Origin: Octopus sinensis
Lineage: Eukaryota
Reading direction: 5' to 3'
Assembly: GCF_006345805.1 (NCBI RefSeq)
Contig: NC_042997.1
Span: 30,814,001 to 30,878,000 of the forward strand
DNA: 64,000 nt
The notes below the pieces were generated by a model. It had not been told where the DNA came from. It ran no database searches and was given only the letters and a program-made list of their open reading frames with translations. Within the stretch, counting starts at the first letter, position 1, and each line of letters begins with the position of its first letter. Shown one piece after another: positions 24,256-36,572 of this stretch. The position numbers were made by a program, and so were the translations under genes.

Positions 24256-24562
24256 TGGAGGCGCAATGGCCCAGTGGTTGGGGTAGCGGACTCGCGGTCG
24301 TAGGATTGCGGATTTGATTCCCAGACCGGGCGTTGTGTGTGTTTTTTGAGCGAAAACACCTAAAAGGTCCACGATGCTCCGGCAGGGGGTGGTAATCCCT
24401 GCTGTACTCTTTCACCACTCTTTCTCTCACTCTTTCGTCTGTTGGCCTGCTCGCTTAGCCAGCAGGGTGGCGTCATTCGGAGGCTAAAACAATGCGAACG
24501 CATTGTGACCAGCGATGTGTAGCAACATCTGATGGTCTGGTCGGTCACGTGATCATGTGATA
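24256..24562 (+). mobile_element. SINE family B head with alternative 3' module
   Basis: Same head and 5' body; diverges after tctctcactct. Confidence 0.75.
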
Positions 24563-24778
24563 TATATATATATATATATATATATACTACAAAATTAGAG
24601 AATGGAGAAACATACTTAAATCAATAAAACATCAACTATCCGATGATACCCAATCAATACTTTAATACACCATTACATATGAGTAAAGGCATTATACAAA
24701 ATGAGATATACAGTAATAGTAAAAAGATAAAGAGATATAAGTAAAAAATTTCAAATATAATATGCAATTAAATCAAAA

Positions 24779-24886
24779 CTGACAGCTGTTTCGGCAGTGA
24801 GGGCAGTCATACCTCATTTAACCTCTAAGCCATAAAGGCAGGTATAAATGAGGCATTAACAAGGATGCCCCACGGCCTCTTCAGAG
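24779..24886 (-). ncRNA. Type-I hammerhead motif, reverse-complement twin of 25385-25492
   Basis: Same sequence on the minus strand, in the left arm of the inverted repeat. Confidence 0.7.
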
Positions 24887-25384
24887 AATTAAATTAAATT
24901 TGTTATAATTGTGAAAAATATTATATAACCATATACATATAAATATAAAAATATAAAAATGTAATCGATCTTGAAAGGATGGACTTGGTGCAAACTTAAC
25001 TGTATCTATTATATTATTATTATTTTTATTATTATTATTATTATTAATATTAATAGTAATTTTTATAACTTTCATAGCTTTAGAATTTTATGAACTGAAC
25101 CATGGTTTAATTATATTTTTCATCTCCCTATGTGTTAGTTTTTTTAAAAAAAACTATTAGCCAAATATGTATAATATCGGTACTTATTATATTAATATAT
25201 ACACTGATATATATTTGTTTTATTTTGTTCTGTTTACCTTCCTTTATTGTACCAATGAGTATTATATTATATAAGTGTAGCATTATGATGTATAAGTTTT
25301 TATATTTTACATTTTTATATTTTTATATTTATATGTATATGGTTATATAATATTTTTCACAATTATAACAAATTTAATTTAATT

Positions 25385-25492
25385 CTCTGAAGAGGCCGTG
25401 GGGCATCCTTGTTAATGCCTCATTTATACCTGCCTTTATGGCTTAGAGGTTAAATGAGGTATGACTGCCCTCACTGCCGAAACAGCTGTCAG
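25385..25492 (+). ncRNA. Type-I hammerhead motif with long helix II, intact core
   Basis: CTGAAGA at 25387-25393; helix II GGCCGTGGGGCA/TGCCCTCACTGCC plus an inner 12-bp stem; GAAAC-AGCT-GTC, cleavage after 25490; helix I is weak. Confidence 0.7.
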
Positions 25493-26309
25493 TTTTGATT
25501 TAATTGCATATTATATTTGAAATTTTTTACTTATATCTCTTTATCTTTTTACTATTACTGTATATCTCATTTTGTATAATGCCTTTACTCATATGTAATG
25601 GTGTATTAAAGTATTGATTGGGTATCATCGGATAGTTGATGTTTTATTGATTTAAGTATGTTTCTCCATTCTCTAATTTGTAGTATTAATTTACGGTAAT
25701 ATTATTACCTTTACCCATATAATACAATAGATGAACTGATTGTTGACAATTTTTAACAATCTATGTATTAATCTTGTTGGGTACCTATCTGGCAGTATAT
25801 GGATATATATTATCCCATGGTGGGTTGAATTTTCAACCCCTATCTCATTTTATAACCTATATATATATATATATGTATAGAGAGAGAGAGAGAGTGGGGT
25901 AGATAAAGAGTATAAAAGGGATAAATTATCTTGGCAGACACTATATTATCTTACAAAATGGTATAGATGCCAGCTATCCACAATGGTTTAATTACATAGT
26001 ACTCAAACTTAAAAGAGTTACTGGTGCTGGTATGCCTCAATCATTGGGTAATTCTGTGTTTCTATTCAGAATTGCAAATATTCTGAGAGTATATGATTGA
26101 TAATGAAGAGGAGAGTGGAGATTTATTCACATCCAAAATTTTTTTATTAAAACATTTCCTACAGCATATATAACTCTGACCTACATATGTTTCGACTGTA
26201 GTTGAAACATGTAGATCAGTGTTATATATGCTGTAGAAAACTTTTGAATAAAAAAATCTCCATCCATGAAGTAATTTCCCATTAATAATAATATCTATCA
26301 TATATATAT

Positions 26310-28096
26310 ATATATATAGATTATATAGATGTAGGTCCGGGTTGATTCGGGGTTAACCACAGTAAATAAGGTACTCAATACATAGCAGAGTAAATTAATT
26401 TATTATATAGAAGGAGCTTCTACAGGACTAGAACTGTTTCATTCAAGAGAATCTTCAGGAAGCTAGTTACAAGAATTGTATTGGCATTTATACATTTAGG
26501 CAGGGTTGTGGGGACTTTTTTGGGGGTAGGCATAGCGCAAAAATCATACTTGGGGGAGTGGTCAAGGAGTCAGTGTTAAATTAGATTGAAGAATAAATAA
26601 AAAAATAAATAATAAAAATAAAATATAAAAAAATAAAAGAACCTATATATAAAAAAATAAATAAAAAAAACCTATATAAAAAAAAGGGGGAATAGAGTTT
26701 TAGGTAAATAGGAGATTCTCACTTATACCTATGCACTCATGTATACATAAACATACACAACATACAAACATATATACATATACATACACACATACATACA
26801 CACACATATATATACATATTTATACACTTACACATACACATACATATACATATCTACACATACACATATATGTACACATACACACACTCACAGCATACAC
26901 GTATACACACATGTGTATATATACACACACGACCTCACATACATATACGCACAGAAAAATATATATACACATACACACACATACTCACATACACGCATAC
27001 ACACACGTATCCACCACACACAATGCACACACAGCACACTAGTCCCTATATACACAATATACACATACACCACATATACACACCCATACATATACATACA
27101 TGTATATTATACATATGTGTACCTATGCAAACCTACACATACACACATATATATACACATACAAATACAGACCCATTCCCTAATTTTTAATTTTATTATC
27201 TTCGGTTATTACTTTTGTTATCTTTGCCGCTTGGTCACAAACATCTTGGCTATGACAGCCAGTCCATTTATCTGTCTACTGGAAAACAAGCACTCATTCA
27301 CTCACGCACACTCTTTAGCACGTACTCTCACTCATTCGTACACTCATACACATACACGCACGCACGCGTTATATTCATACATACATCCATCTACATACAT
27401 TCACGTTATACACATACGTACGCGTACCTACAGATTTATGTCTACACTCTTAGAAGGCTAGTCTATATATATACACCCATAAATATAAATACACACACAT
27501 ACATATACACCTACATACAAATACATAAAGGCCCTCTCCTTAACAAAATCTCAGAACACTCCCCAAATTGTATGCATAAGAAGTATGCGAACTACAAGAA
27601 CTATAGACCTACCCGGCAACCAGATTGATGACACCCCACCCACAATTAACCCCCCAAACCCACCGTTCCCCTAGCACCCCCCCCCCCCGATTACCTTTTC
27701 TCCTAAGACCTCTCACATATTGTATGTGCACGCTTGTATATGTGTATTCATGTGTGTATGCCTATGTATGTGTGTATATGTATGTGTGTATGTATGTGTA
27801 TGTATGTATAAAATATTATATAATTAGGGCTTAGTGAAATGGATTGCTTTGCCGCATACTGAACTCTCTAGAAATAGCAGCCAAAAAAGTTTTTTTAGCC
27901 TCTTCCACTACTTAGAGAATATTTTCCCTCAGACATTGTTTACTCATAAAAATAATGGTCCTTTTACATACTGAATACTTGGTGAAATTGATTACTAAAA
28001 TTAACTTTACCTCAATTGTTGATATATGGATGTGTGTGTATATATATGTGGGTGTATGTGTATATGTACATGTATGTATATGTGTATGATGTACGT

Positions 28097-28134
<38 letters not shown>

Positions 28135-28161
28135 CGCGTGTGTGTGTGTGTGGGTGTATAT

Positions 28162-28198
<37 letters not shown>

Positions 28199-28475
28199 TA
28201 TGCATATGTATGTTGTGTGTATGTATGTGTGGTGTATGTGTATTATGTATGTGTATTATGTATATGTATGTATATGTATATGTATATGTATGGGTGTGTA
28301 TATGTATATATGTGTATAATATGAGTGTATGCGAGTATGTCGATGTAATGTAGGTATGTAGAGTTATGTGTATGTGCAGGTATGTGAGTGTAGATACAAA
28401 TGTAGATGTGTATATGGGTGTGTGTGTATATATACATGTATATGGGTATATGTATGTGTGTGTATATGTAAAAAA

Positions 28476-28536
<61 letters not shown>

Positions 28537-29265
28537 GTGTGTGTGTATATGCGAGTATGTAGAGATATAAGTATGTGCATGTGTATATGTATATGTGTGT
28601 ATATATTGTATGGGTATGTGTAAGTGTATGTATGTATGTGTATATATATATATATGTATATGTATGTGTGTGTGTGTGTATGTATGCATACGTATGCATG
28701 TATGTATGTATGAATATGTGTATGGTATTGTGTGTAAGTGGTGTGTATACATGTAAATGTAAGTGTGTCTGCTTGTATGAGAATGTATGTATGTTTGCAC
28801 ACATGTATATATGTGTGTGTATGTGTATGTATATGTATATGTGTATATGTGGTGTATATGTATGAATATGTGTATGTATGTGTGTATGTATGTGTGTGTG
28901 TGTGTGTATATATATGTGTATATGTGTGTATGTATATATATATATATATATGGGTATGTATATGTATGTATATATATATATGTGTATATATATATATATA
29001 TGTGTGTGTGTGTATGTATATATATATGTATATATATGTATATATGTGTGTGTGTGTATACATGTGTGTATGTATGTATGTATATATATGCGTGTGTATG
29101 TGTATGTGTATATGTACATATGCGCGTACGCTCGTGTGTTTATGCATATGTAGGTACGTAGAGTTACCTATGTATGTATTTATATGTACATGTGTGTGAG
29201 TATGTATATATATGTATATATGTATGTGTATGTGTATGTGTATATATGTATGTATATGTATATAG

Positions 29266-29296
<31 letters not shown>

Positions 29297-29681
29297 GTGT
29301 GTAAGTTTATATGTATGTATCCGTCTATATAATAGGTAACTGCACGTACATATACTTAATATTTATTATTTATTTTTTGAGTATGCATGTACGAATAACT
29401 GCGCGTATATATATTTTACTATTTACTTATTTTTTGAGTATGCATGTAAGTATGAATATAAGGAGGCGCGGTGTGTGGTGTGTATGTGTAAGCATAGATA
29501 TATGTATACTTTTACGCATGTGTGTACTTATGTGTATATATGGATGCGCGCGGTGTGTGTGTGTGTATGGGTACGCAATGTACATGTGTATGTGCGTGTA
29601 GTGTATATATATGTATATGTGTGTGTGTATGCGTATGTGTGTGTATATGTGGTGTGTGTAATGTGTTATATACATATGTGA

Positions 29682-29722
<41 letters not shown>

Positions 29723-30900
29723 GTATATATATACATGTATGTATTTGTATGTAGGTGTATATGTATGTGTGTGTATTTATATTTATGGGGTGTATATATA
29801 TAGACTAGCCTTCTAAGAGTGTAGACATAAATCTGTAGGTACGCGTACGTATGTGTATATACGTGAATGTATGTAGATGGATGTATGTATGAATATAACG
29901 CGTTGCGTGCGTGTATGTGTATGAGTGTACGAATGAGTGAGAGTACGTGCTAAAGAGTGTGCGTGAGTGAATGAGTGCTTGTTTTCCAGTAGACAGATAA
30001 ATGGACTGGCTGTCATAGCCAAGATGTTTGTGACCAAGCGGCCAAAGATAACAAAAGTAATAACGAAGATAATAAAATTAAAATTAGGGAATGGGTCTGT
30101 ATTTGTATGTGTGTATATATATGTGTGTATGTGTAGGTTTGCATAGGTACACATATGTATATATATACATGTATGTATATGTATGGGTGTGTATATGTGT
30201 GTGTATGTGTATATATGTGTATATAGGGACTAGTGTGCTGTGTGTGCATGTGTGTGTGTGGATACGTGTGTGTATGCGTGTATGTGAGTATGTGTGTGTA
30301 TGTGTATATATATTTTCTGTGCGTATATGTATGTGAGGTCGTGTGTGTATATTACACATGTGTGTATACGTGTATGCATGTGAGGTGTGTATGTGTACAT
30401 ATATGTGTATGTGTAGATATGTATATGTATGTGTATGTGTAAGTGTATAATATGTATATATATGTGTGTGGTATGTATGTGTGTATGTATATGTTATATA
30501 GTTTGTATGTGTGTGTATGTATGTATACATGTGTGCATAGGTATAGTGAGAATCTCCTTATTTACCTAAAACCTATTCCCCTTTTTTTATATATAGGTTT
30601 TTTTTTTTTTATATATATAGGTTTTTTTTTTATATATATAGGTTCTTTTATTTTTTTATTTTATTTTATATTATTTATTTTTTTATTTATTCTTCAATCT
30701 AATTAAACACTGACTCCTTGACCACATCCCCCAAGTATGATATTTTGCGCTATGCCTACCCCAAAAAAGTCCCCCACCAACACCCCGTTAAACCTGCCTA
30801 AATGTATAAATGCCAATACAATTCTTGTTAACTAGCTTCCTGAAGATTTCTCTTGAATGAAACAGTTCTAGTCCTGTAGAAGCTCCTTCTATATAATAAA
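26310..30900. repeat. Large inverted repeat (about 1.1-kb arms) with microsatellite-rich spacer and Penelope-like remnants
   Basis: 26399-27527 is the reverse complement of 29738-30900. HHR-like motif near the outer ends. PLLNKISEHSPNCMHKKY at about 27530-27600. Confidence 0.7.
28020..29740. repeat. Compound (TA)/(TG)/(TATG) microsatellite expanse
   Basis: About 1.7 kb of low-complexity sequence; the source of many spurious H/T/Y/I and C/V/M/Y ORFs. Confidence 0.95.
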
Positions 30901-30922
30901 TATATATATATATATATATATA

Positions 30923-31365
30923 TCATCATCATCATCATCATCGTTTAATGTCCGCTTTCCATGCTAGCATGGTTTGGATGAATGACTGAGGGCTGGTGAA
31001 CCAGATGGCTGCACCAGGCTTCAATCTTGATCTGGCAGAGTTTCTACAGCTGGATGCCCTTCCTAATGCCAACCACTCCGAGAGTGTAGTGGGTGCTTTT
31101 ACGTGCCACCGGCATGGGGCCAGTCAGGCAGTACTGGCAACGGCCTCACTCGAATCTTTTACACATGCCACCAGCACAGGTGCCAGTAAGGCGATGCTGG
31201 TAACGATCACGCTCGAATGGTGTCTTTTACGTGCCACTTGCACGGAGGCCAGATAGCCGCTCTGACAATGATCATGCTCGGATGGTGCTCTTAATACCCT
31301 ACTAGCATGGGGCTCGAGTGCCAGTAAGGTGACACTGGTAACGATCACGCTCGAATGGTGCCTTT
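30923..31365 (-). mobile_element. RTE 3'-end copy
   Basis: Tail consensus. Confidence 0.75.
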
Positions 31366-31380
31366 ATATATATATATATA

Positions 31381-31532
31381 TTCTGTTGTGTCTGGGGAGA
31401 GTCATTCTCTTTTAGTGCCTTATAATTTAACACACTCACCCATAAAATTTCCACTCATTTCCGTCTTTTACTGGTGAGTGTGTTAAATTATCAGGCACTA
31501 AAAGAGAATGACTCTCCCCAGACACAAAAGAA
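31381..31532. repeat. Fold-back hairpin, 60-bp arms
   Basis: 31381-31440 vs 31473-31532, 2 mismatches, 32-nt loop. Confidence 0.9.
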
Positions 31533-31641
31533 TATGCTTCAACACACGAACTCACATGAAGAGTCTTGCAAACCAAATCCCAAAACAATATATATATATA
31601 TCTTGGCAAGATTTTTTATGTGAAGTCGTGTGTTGAAACAG

Positions 31642-31866
31642 ATATTGTTATATTTCGGAATGGTCATTTTGCCAGTTTAGCCAATAAAAACACACGCACT
31701 ATATATTTGGTGTTACTTTGCTTTGTGATGAAAGAACTCTGGCCGAAATAAGATTAAGATTAATGTAAAAAATAAATAACACTGAAGCAAAGTAACACCA
31801 AATATATAGTGCATGTGTTTTTAATGGCTAAACTGGCAAAATGACCATTCCGAAATATAACAATAT
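31642..31866. repeat. Fold-back element, about 80-bp arms
   Basis: 31642-31722 vs 31786-31866. Confidence 0.85.
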
Positions 31867-32433
31867 ATATATCTTGATAACAGAAAATACTTCATGGATG
31901 GAGTTTTTCTATTTTTATTAATGTATTGCTACATATGTTTTGGGACCACCTCTTCATATCCATAAGATGTCCAGTGAACAAAAGTAGAAAAGTTTTTTTT
32001 TAAAAATGGTACATTCATATTTTAACAAAGTTAAAGTCACTTGTATAATTTGTTTTGTAGAAATTGTGTTAATCATATTTTCTTGTTTTCTTTCATACCT
32101 GACAAGCAGGTAACATTCAGGTATAAAAAGGTAAATCAAAATAATGTACGTTTTCAAACTGATAGACATAACAATTGGCAACTGATTTTTCATTCATTTA
32201 ATTCTGGTTGACTTAAGACAGCCAAAAAGAGAATTGATTTTGATTGAATCCAAAGTCAAGATAGCTAACCACTAGCTAAGAGAGTGAGGGAGCTAAATAA
32301 GACAGCTTGCTTATGACTGCTGCCTGCCCAGTGGGAGGGAGAGAGAGAGAGTCTTAATTGTAGATTTTTTTCTAATCAAAATGGCTACCATCTTAGTCAT
32401 ATTTCAATTCAAATGGAACATATATCAAAATGG

Positions 32434-32808
32434 TGGAGGCGCAATGGCCCAGTGGGCAGCGGACTCGCGGTCATAGGATCGCAATTTCGATTCCCAGACT
32501 GGGCGTTGTGAGTGTTTATTGAGCGAAAACACCTAAAAAGCTCCACGTGGCTCCGGCAGGGGATGGTGGTGATCCCTGCTGTACTCTTTCACCACAACTT
32601 TCTCTTACTTCCTGTTTCTGTTGTACCTGTATTTCAAGGGGCTGGCCTTGTCACTCTCTGTATCACGCTGAATATCCCCGAGAACTACGTTAAGGGTGCA
32701 CGTGTCTGTGGAGTGCTCAGCCACTTACACGTTAATTTCACGAGCAGGCTGTTCCGTTGATTCAGATCAACTGGAACCCTCATCGTCGTAACCGACGGAG
32801 TGCTTCCA
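32434..32808 (+). mobile_element. SINE family B
   Basis: Full-length. Confidence 0.85.
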
Positions 32809-32948
32809 TATCAAAATGGTAAAATAGAAAAAAATCACTTGAATGAGGTTGCTACACACTCAATGCTGAGTTGATTGTCATATTACTATAATATAGTTGG
32901 AAGAATTTTTTCGAAACCATTTCTAATAAGAATCATTAAAACTTTCAG

Positions 32949-33032
32949 GCTTTTCAATCCCAGAAAATGAAAGAACATGGAAAAATTTCAAGCAAATGCA
33001 CACAGATTCAGAAAATGTTTAATAGTATATTG
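32949..33032 (+). CDS. Formin-like exon H (FH2)
   Basis: actttcag|GCT acceptor and TTG|gtgagt donor, phase 0/0, 28 open codons: AFQSQKMKEHGKISSKCTQIQKMFNSIL. Confidence 0.75.
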
Positions 33033-33426
33033 GTGAGTAAATAAACCAGACTTTTAAATTTTGTTTCATGTTTTTTTTCCTTTGTTATTATCATTCTTTT
33101 TTCTTTCTCCTCTTTCTCATTCTAGTCATCATCATCATCATCATCGTCATCATCATCATTCACTTCCTCTTTCTTCTTCCTATTATCTTCCTAATCATAC
33201 CCATCATCATTGTATTATTATTATTATTATTATATTATTATTATTATTATTGTTCCTGCCTTCTTAAATCATAAACAATGATGATTTAACAAAACCAGTG
33301 CCAAAGTCAAAGAAATTTTTGTCAAGGTGCCATGCAGCGGGAAGTGGGATCAAACCTAGAAGCATGTTGTTGCAAAGTGTATCACTTAACTGTGTGACTC
33401 TGTCTATATATATATATATATATATA

Positions 33427-33715
33427 TCATCATCATCATCATCATCATCATCGTTTAGCGTCCGCTTTCCATGCTGGCATGGGTTGGACAGTGCAACTGG
33501 GGTCTGGGAAGCCAGAAGGCTACACCAGGCCCAGTCTGATCTAGCTATGTTTCTACGGCTGGATGCCTTTCCTAACACCAACCACTCCATGAGTGTAGTG
33601 GGTGCTTTTTACGTGCCACCAGCACAGGTGCCAGGCGAAGCTGGCAAACGGCCATGGTCGGATGGTGCTTTTTACGTGCCACCGGCACGGAGGCCAGGCG
33701 AGGCTGGCAATGGCC
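33427..33715 (-). mobile_element. RTE 3'-end copy
   Basis: Tail consensus. Confidence 0.75.
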
Positions 33716-33790
33716 AAATATATATATATATATTACGGAGATGTACTCGCATAGCAAGTGATTTGATTTGAGATCGTGTGCTGAAATGAA

Positions 33791-34080
33791 AACAATTGCA
33801 GCGTGGAAAGTGTTTGTAAGCCATTTAAGAAACACACAAAAGTCGTTCGATTCACTTCAACATTTAAGTTTAATTTATCAAAATATTTTCGTCGCTTTAA
33901 GACCGTGACCTGTTCACTGACAAAAATCCATGCTGCATCTCGGATTTTTGTCAGTGAACAGGTCGCAGTCTTAAAGCGATGAAAATATTTTGACAAATTA
34001 AACTTAAATGTTGAAGTGAATCGAACGGCTTTTGTGTGTTTCTTAAATGGCTTACAAACACCTTCCACGCTGCAATTGTT
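33791..34080. repeat. Fold-back element, about 140-bp arms, 12-nt loop
   Basis: 33791-33929 vs 33942-34080. Confidence 0.9.
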
Positions 34081-34573
34081 ATATATATATATATATTATT
34101 TAATGTACACAGTATCTTGTTATGAGCCACTAATAGTTTCAAACATTGTAGATGTAGTCTCGGGATGTTCTAATAACATGCCTTCTGTTTCCAAGCAGTC
34201 TTCAGACTCTGAGCACTTGGCCTGTACAGTTTACAAATGAGGATGCTAGAGCAAGAGAAATCGTGAGAAAAAATGAGGAGGGAGATGCAAAAAGTGAAAG
34301 GGTGGGAAAAAAAAACAGAGAAAGAGAAGTAAAAAGAAAATTGGAGTTATGTCCCCTTTGACCATAGAGCCACGTTAGTGCCAGTTGTAGAATCAATCAG
34401 TCAATGCAGAGAGGTCCAAAGTCTGCAATACAGCCGCTCAATCCAGAGAAGGTGGTGTCCTCCAGTTTGCCAAAAGAGATTTGTTCACATGTTTGTATCT
34501 GCTGAAAATTTCTGATCTAGAATTCTTAAATCTAAAAGGAATATGTAATCTTTCTGCTACGTATAAGTTGGAC

Positions 34574-34599
<26 letters not shown>

Positions 34600-34631
<32 letters not shown>

Positions 34632-34835
34632 TCATAGTATAGCTGTGAAAACAGCAGAGAGATTGGGTATTACTACATTTATAAGACAGAAAAATGTTGT
34701 TGACAGACATATATATATATATTATATATATATATATACACACACACATCATAGTATAGCTGTGAAAACAGCAGAGAGATTGGGTATTACTACATTTATA
34801 AGACAGAAAAATGTTGTTGACAGACATATATATAC
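34600..34835 (+). repeat. Tandem duplication of a ~120-bp unit bounded by (TA)n
   Basis: cacatcatagtatagctgtgaaaacagc...gacagacata occurs twice. Confidence 0.9.
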
Positions 34836-35795
34836 ATCATCATTATCATTGTCACTTGACATCCGCTTTCCATGCTGGCATGGGTTGGACGGACTGACTG
34901 AGACCTGGCAAACCGGGAGGCTGCACTGGCTCCTATCTGATTCAGCAAAGTTTCTACAACTGGATGCCCTTCCTAATGCCAACCACTCCAAGAGTGTAGT
35001 GGATGCTTTTTACATACCACTGGCATGGGAGTCAGTTAGGCAACACTGGCATCAACCATGCTCTAATGGTACTTTTTATGTGCCACCGGCTTGGAGGCTA
35101 GTCAGGCAGCATTGGCATTGGCCATGCTCGAATGGTGCTTTTTACATGCTACCAGCACAGGTGCCAGTCAAGCAGCACTAGCAACTGTCATGCTTGAATG
35201 GTGCCTTTTACGAGCCAGTCAGGCAGCACTGTTATCGGCCCCACTCGAATGGAGTTTTTTTACCTACCACTGGTACAGGTACTAGTCAGGTGGAACTGGC
35301 ATCATCCACAACTACGATTTCTCTCAGTTCAACAAGTCTTTACAAGCACACCATATCGCCCAGAAATTAAAGGGTGCTTTTCAACGGGCCAGTTATGTGA
35401 CACTGGCATTGGCCACAAATACAATCTCACTTGGTTTGCCAGGTCTTCTCAAGCACGGCATATCTCCAAAGGTCTGGGTTGTTCTGTTCGTCATTGCCTC
35501 TGTGAGGCCCAATGTTCAAAGGTCATGCTTCACCACTTCATCCCATGTCTTCATGGGTCTACCTCTTCCACAAGTGCTTTCCAGTTAGGGTGCGACACTT
35601 CTTCACACAACTGTCCTTATCCATGCACATCACATAACCATACTAGCACAGTTGTCTCTCTTGTACACCACATCTGATACTTATTTCAGCTTTTCTCTCA
35701 GGGCACTTACACACTATCGTGTATGTACACTGACATTATGCACCCTGCGGAGCATACTAGCTTCATTTCTTTCAAGCCTATGCATGTCTTCAACA
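34835..35795 (-). mobile_element. RTE 3' end including degenerate ORF C-terminus
   Basis: Homologous to 1640-2800 (TVEDMHRLERNEASMLRR). Confidence 0.75.
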
Positions 35796-35805
35796 GTCAC
35801 AGTCC

Positions 35806-35847
<42 letters not shown>

Positions 35848-35849
<2 letters not shown>

Positions 35850-36250
35850 TCTTTTACTCTTTTATTTGTTTCAGTCATTTGACTGCGGCCATGCTGGAGC
35901 ACCGCCTTTAGTCGAGCAAATCGATCCCGGGACTTATTCTTTGTAAGCCCAGTACTTATTCTATCGGTCTCTTTTGCCGAACCGCTAAGTGACGGGGACG
36001 TAAACACACCAGCATCTGTTGTCAAGCAATGCTAGGGGAACAAACACAGACATACAAACACACACACATACAAATACATATATATACATATATACGACAG
36101 GCCTCTTTCAGTTTCCGTCTACCAAATCCACTCACAAGGCATTGGTCGGCCCGGGGCTATAGCAGAAGACAGTTGCCCAAGATGCCACGCAGTGGGACTG
36201 AACCATGTGGTTGGTTAGCAAGCTACTTACCACTCAGCCACTCCTGCGCC
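35848..36250 (-). mobile_element. SINE family A
   Basis: Full-length, minus strand. Confidence 0.85.
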
Positions 36251-36269
36251 TATATATATATATAATACA

Positions 36270-36492
36270 CAGGGTGCTCATAAACTACCTTTGCAATTTG
36301 GAAAATTCAGAGGAAAAAAAAACAAGGATAACTCATCAGGTTGCATGCAAGCAATGGTGCCCACATGGAAGTGTTCTGATGTTTCTGATAATACTTTATT
36401 CAATTGTCTATGTTATCCAATGAACTCTGCTGAGTTATCCTTTGTTTTTTTCTGAATTTTTCAAGTTGTAAAGGTAATTTATTAACATGCTA
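36270..36492. mobile_element. Tc1/mariner-type MITE
   Basis: About 70-bp imperfect TIRs starting CAGGGTG. Confidence 0.5.
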
Positions 36493-36499
36493 TATACAC

Positions 36500-36502
<3 letters not shown>

Positions 36503-36558
<56 letters not shown>

Positions 36559-36572
36559 TGAGAGAGAGAGAG
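36503..36572. repeat. (AG)n microsatellite
   Basis: Direct inspection. Confidence 0.95.

Larger units (their letters stand above)
24585..25685. mobile_element. Penelope-like non-coding element, near-perfect 380-bp inverted arms
   Basis: Arms 24585-24964 and 25307-25685, AT-rich spacer, HHR in both arms, flanked on the left by (TA)n. Confidence 0.75.

Noticed and set aside
25938-26047. Possible extra formin exon (ag...gt, one open frame)
   Set aside because: 110 nt would break the frame in a phase 0/0 intron, it shows no FH2 similarity, and exons G and H already join well.
27912-29199. ORFs of up to 411 aa rich in H/T/Y/I or C/V/M/Y
   Set aside because: Translations of (TA)/(TG)/(CA) microsatellites, which lack stop codons in several frames.
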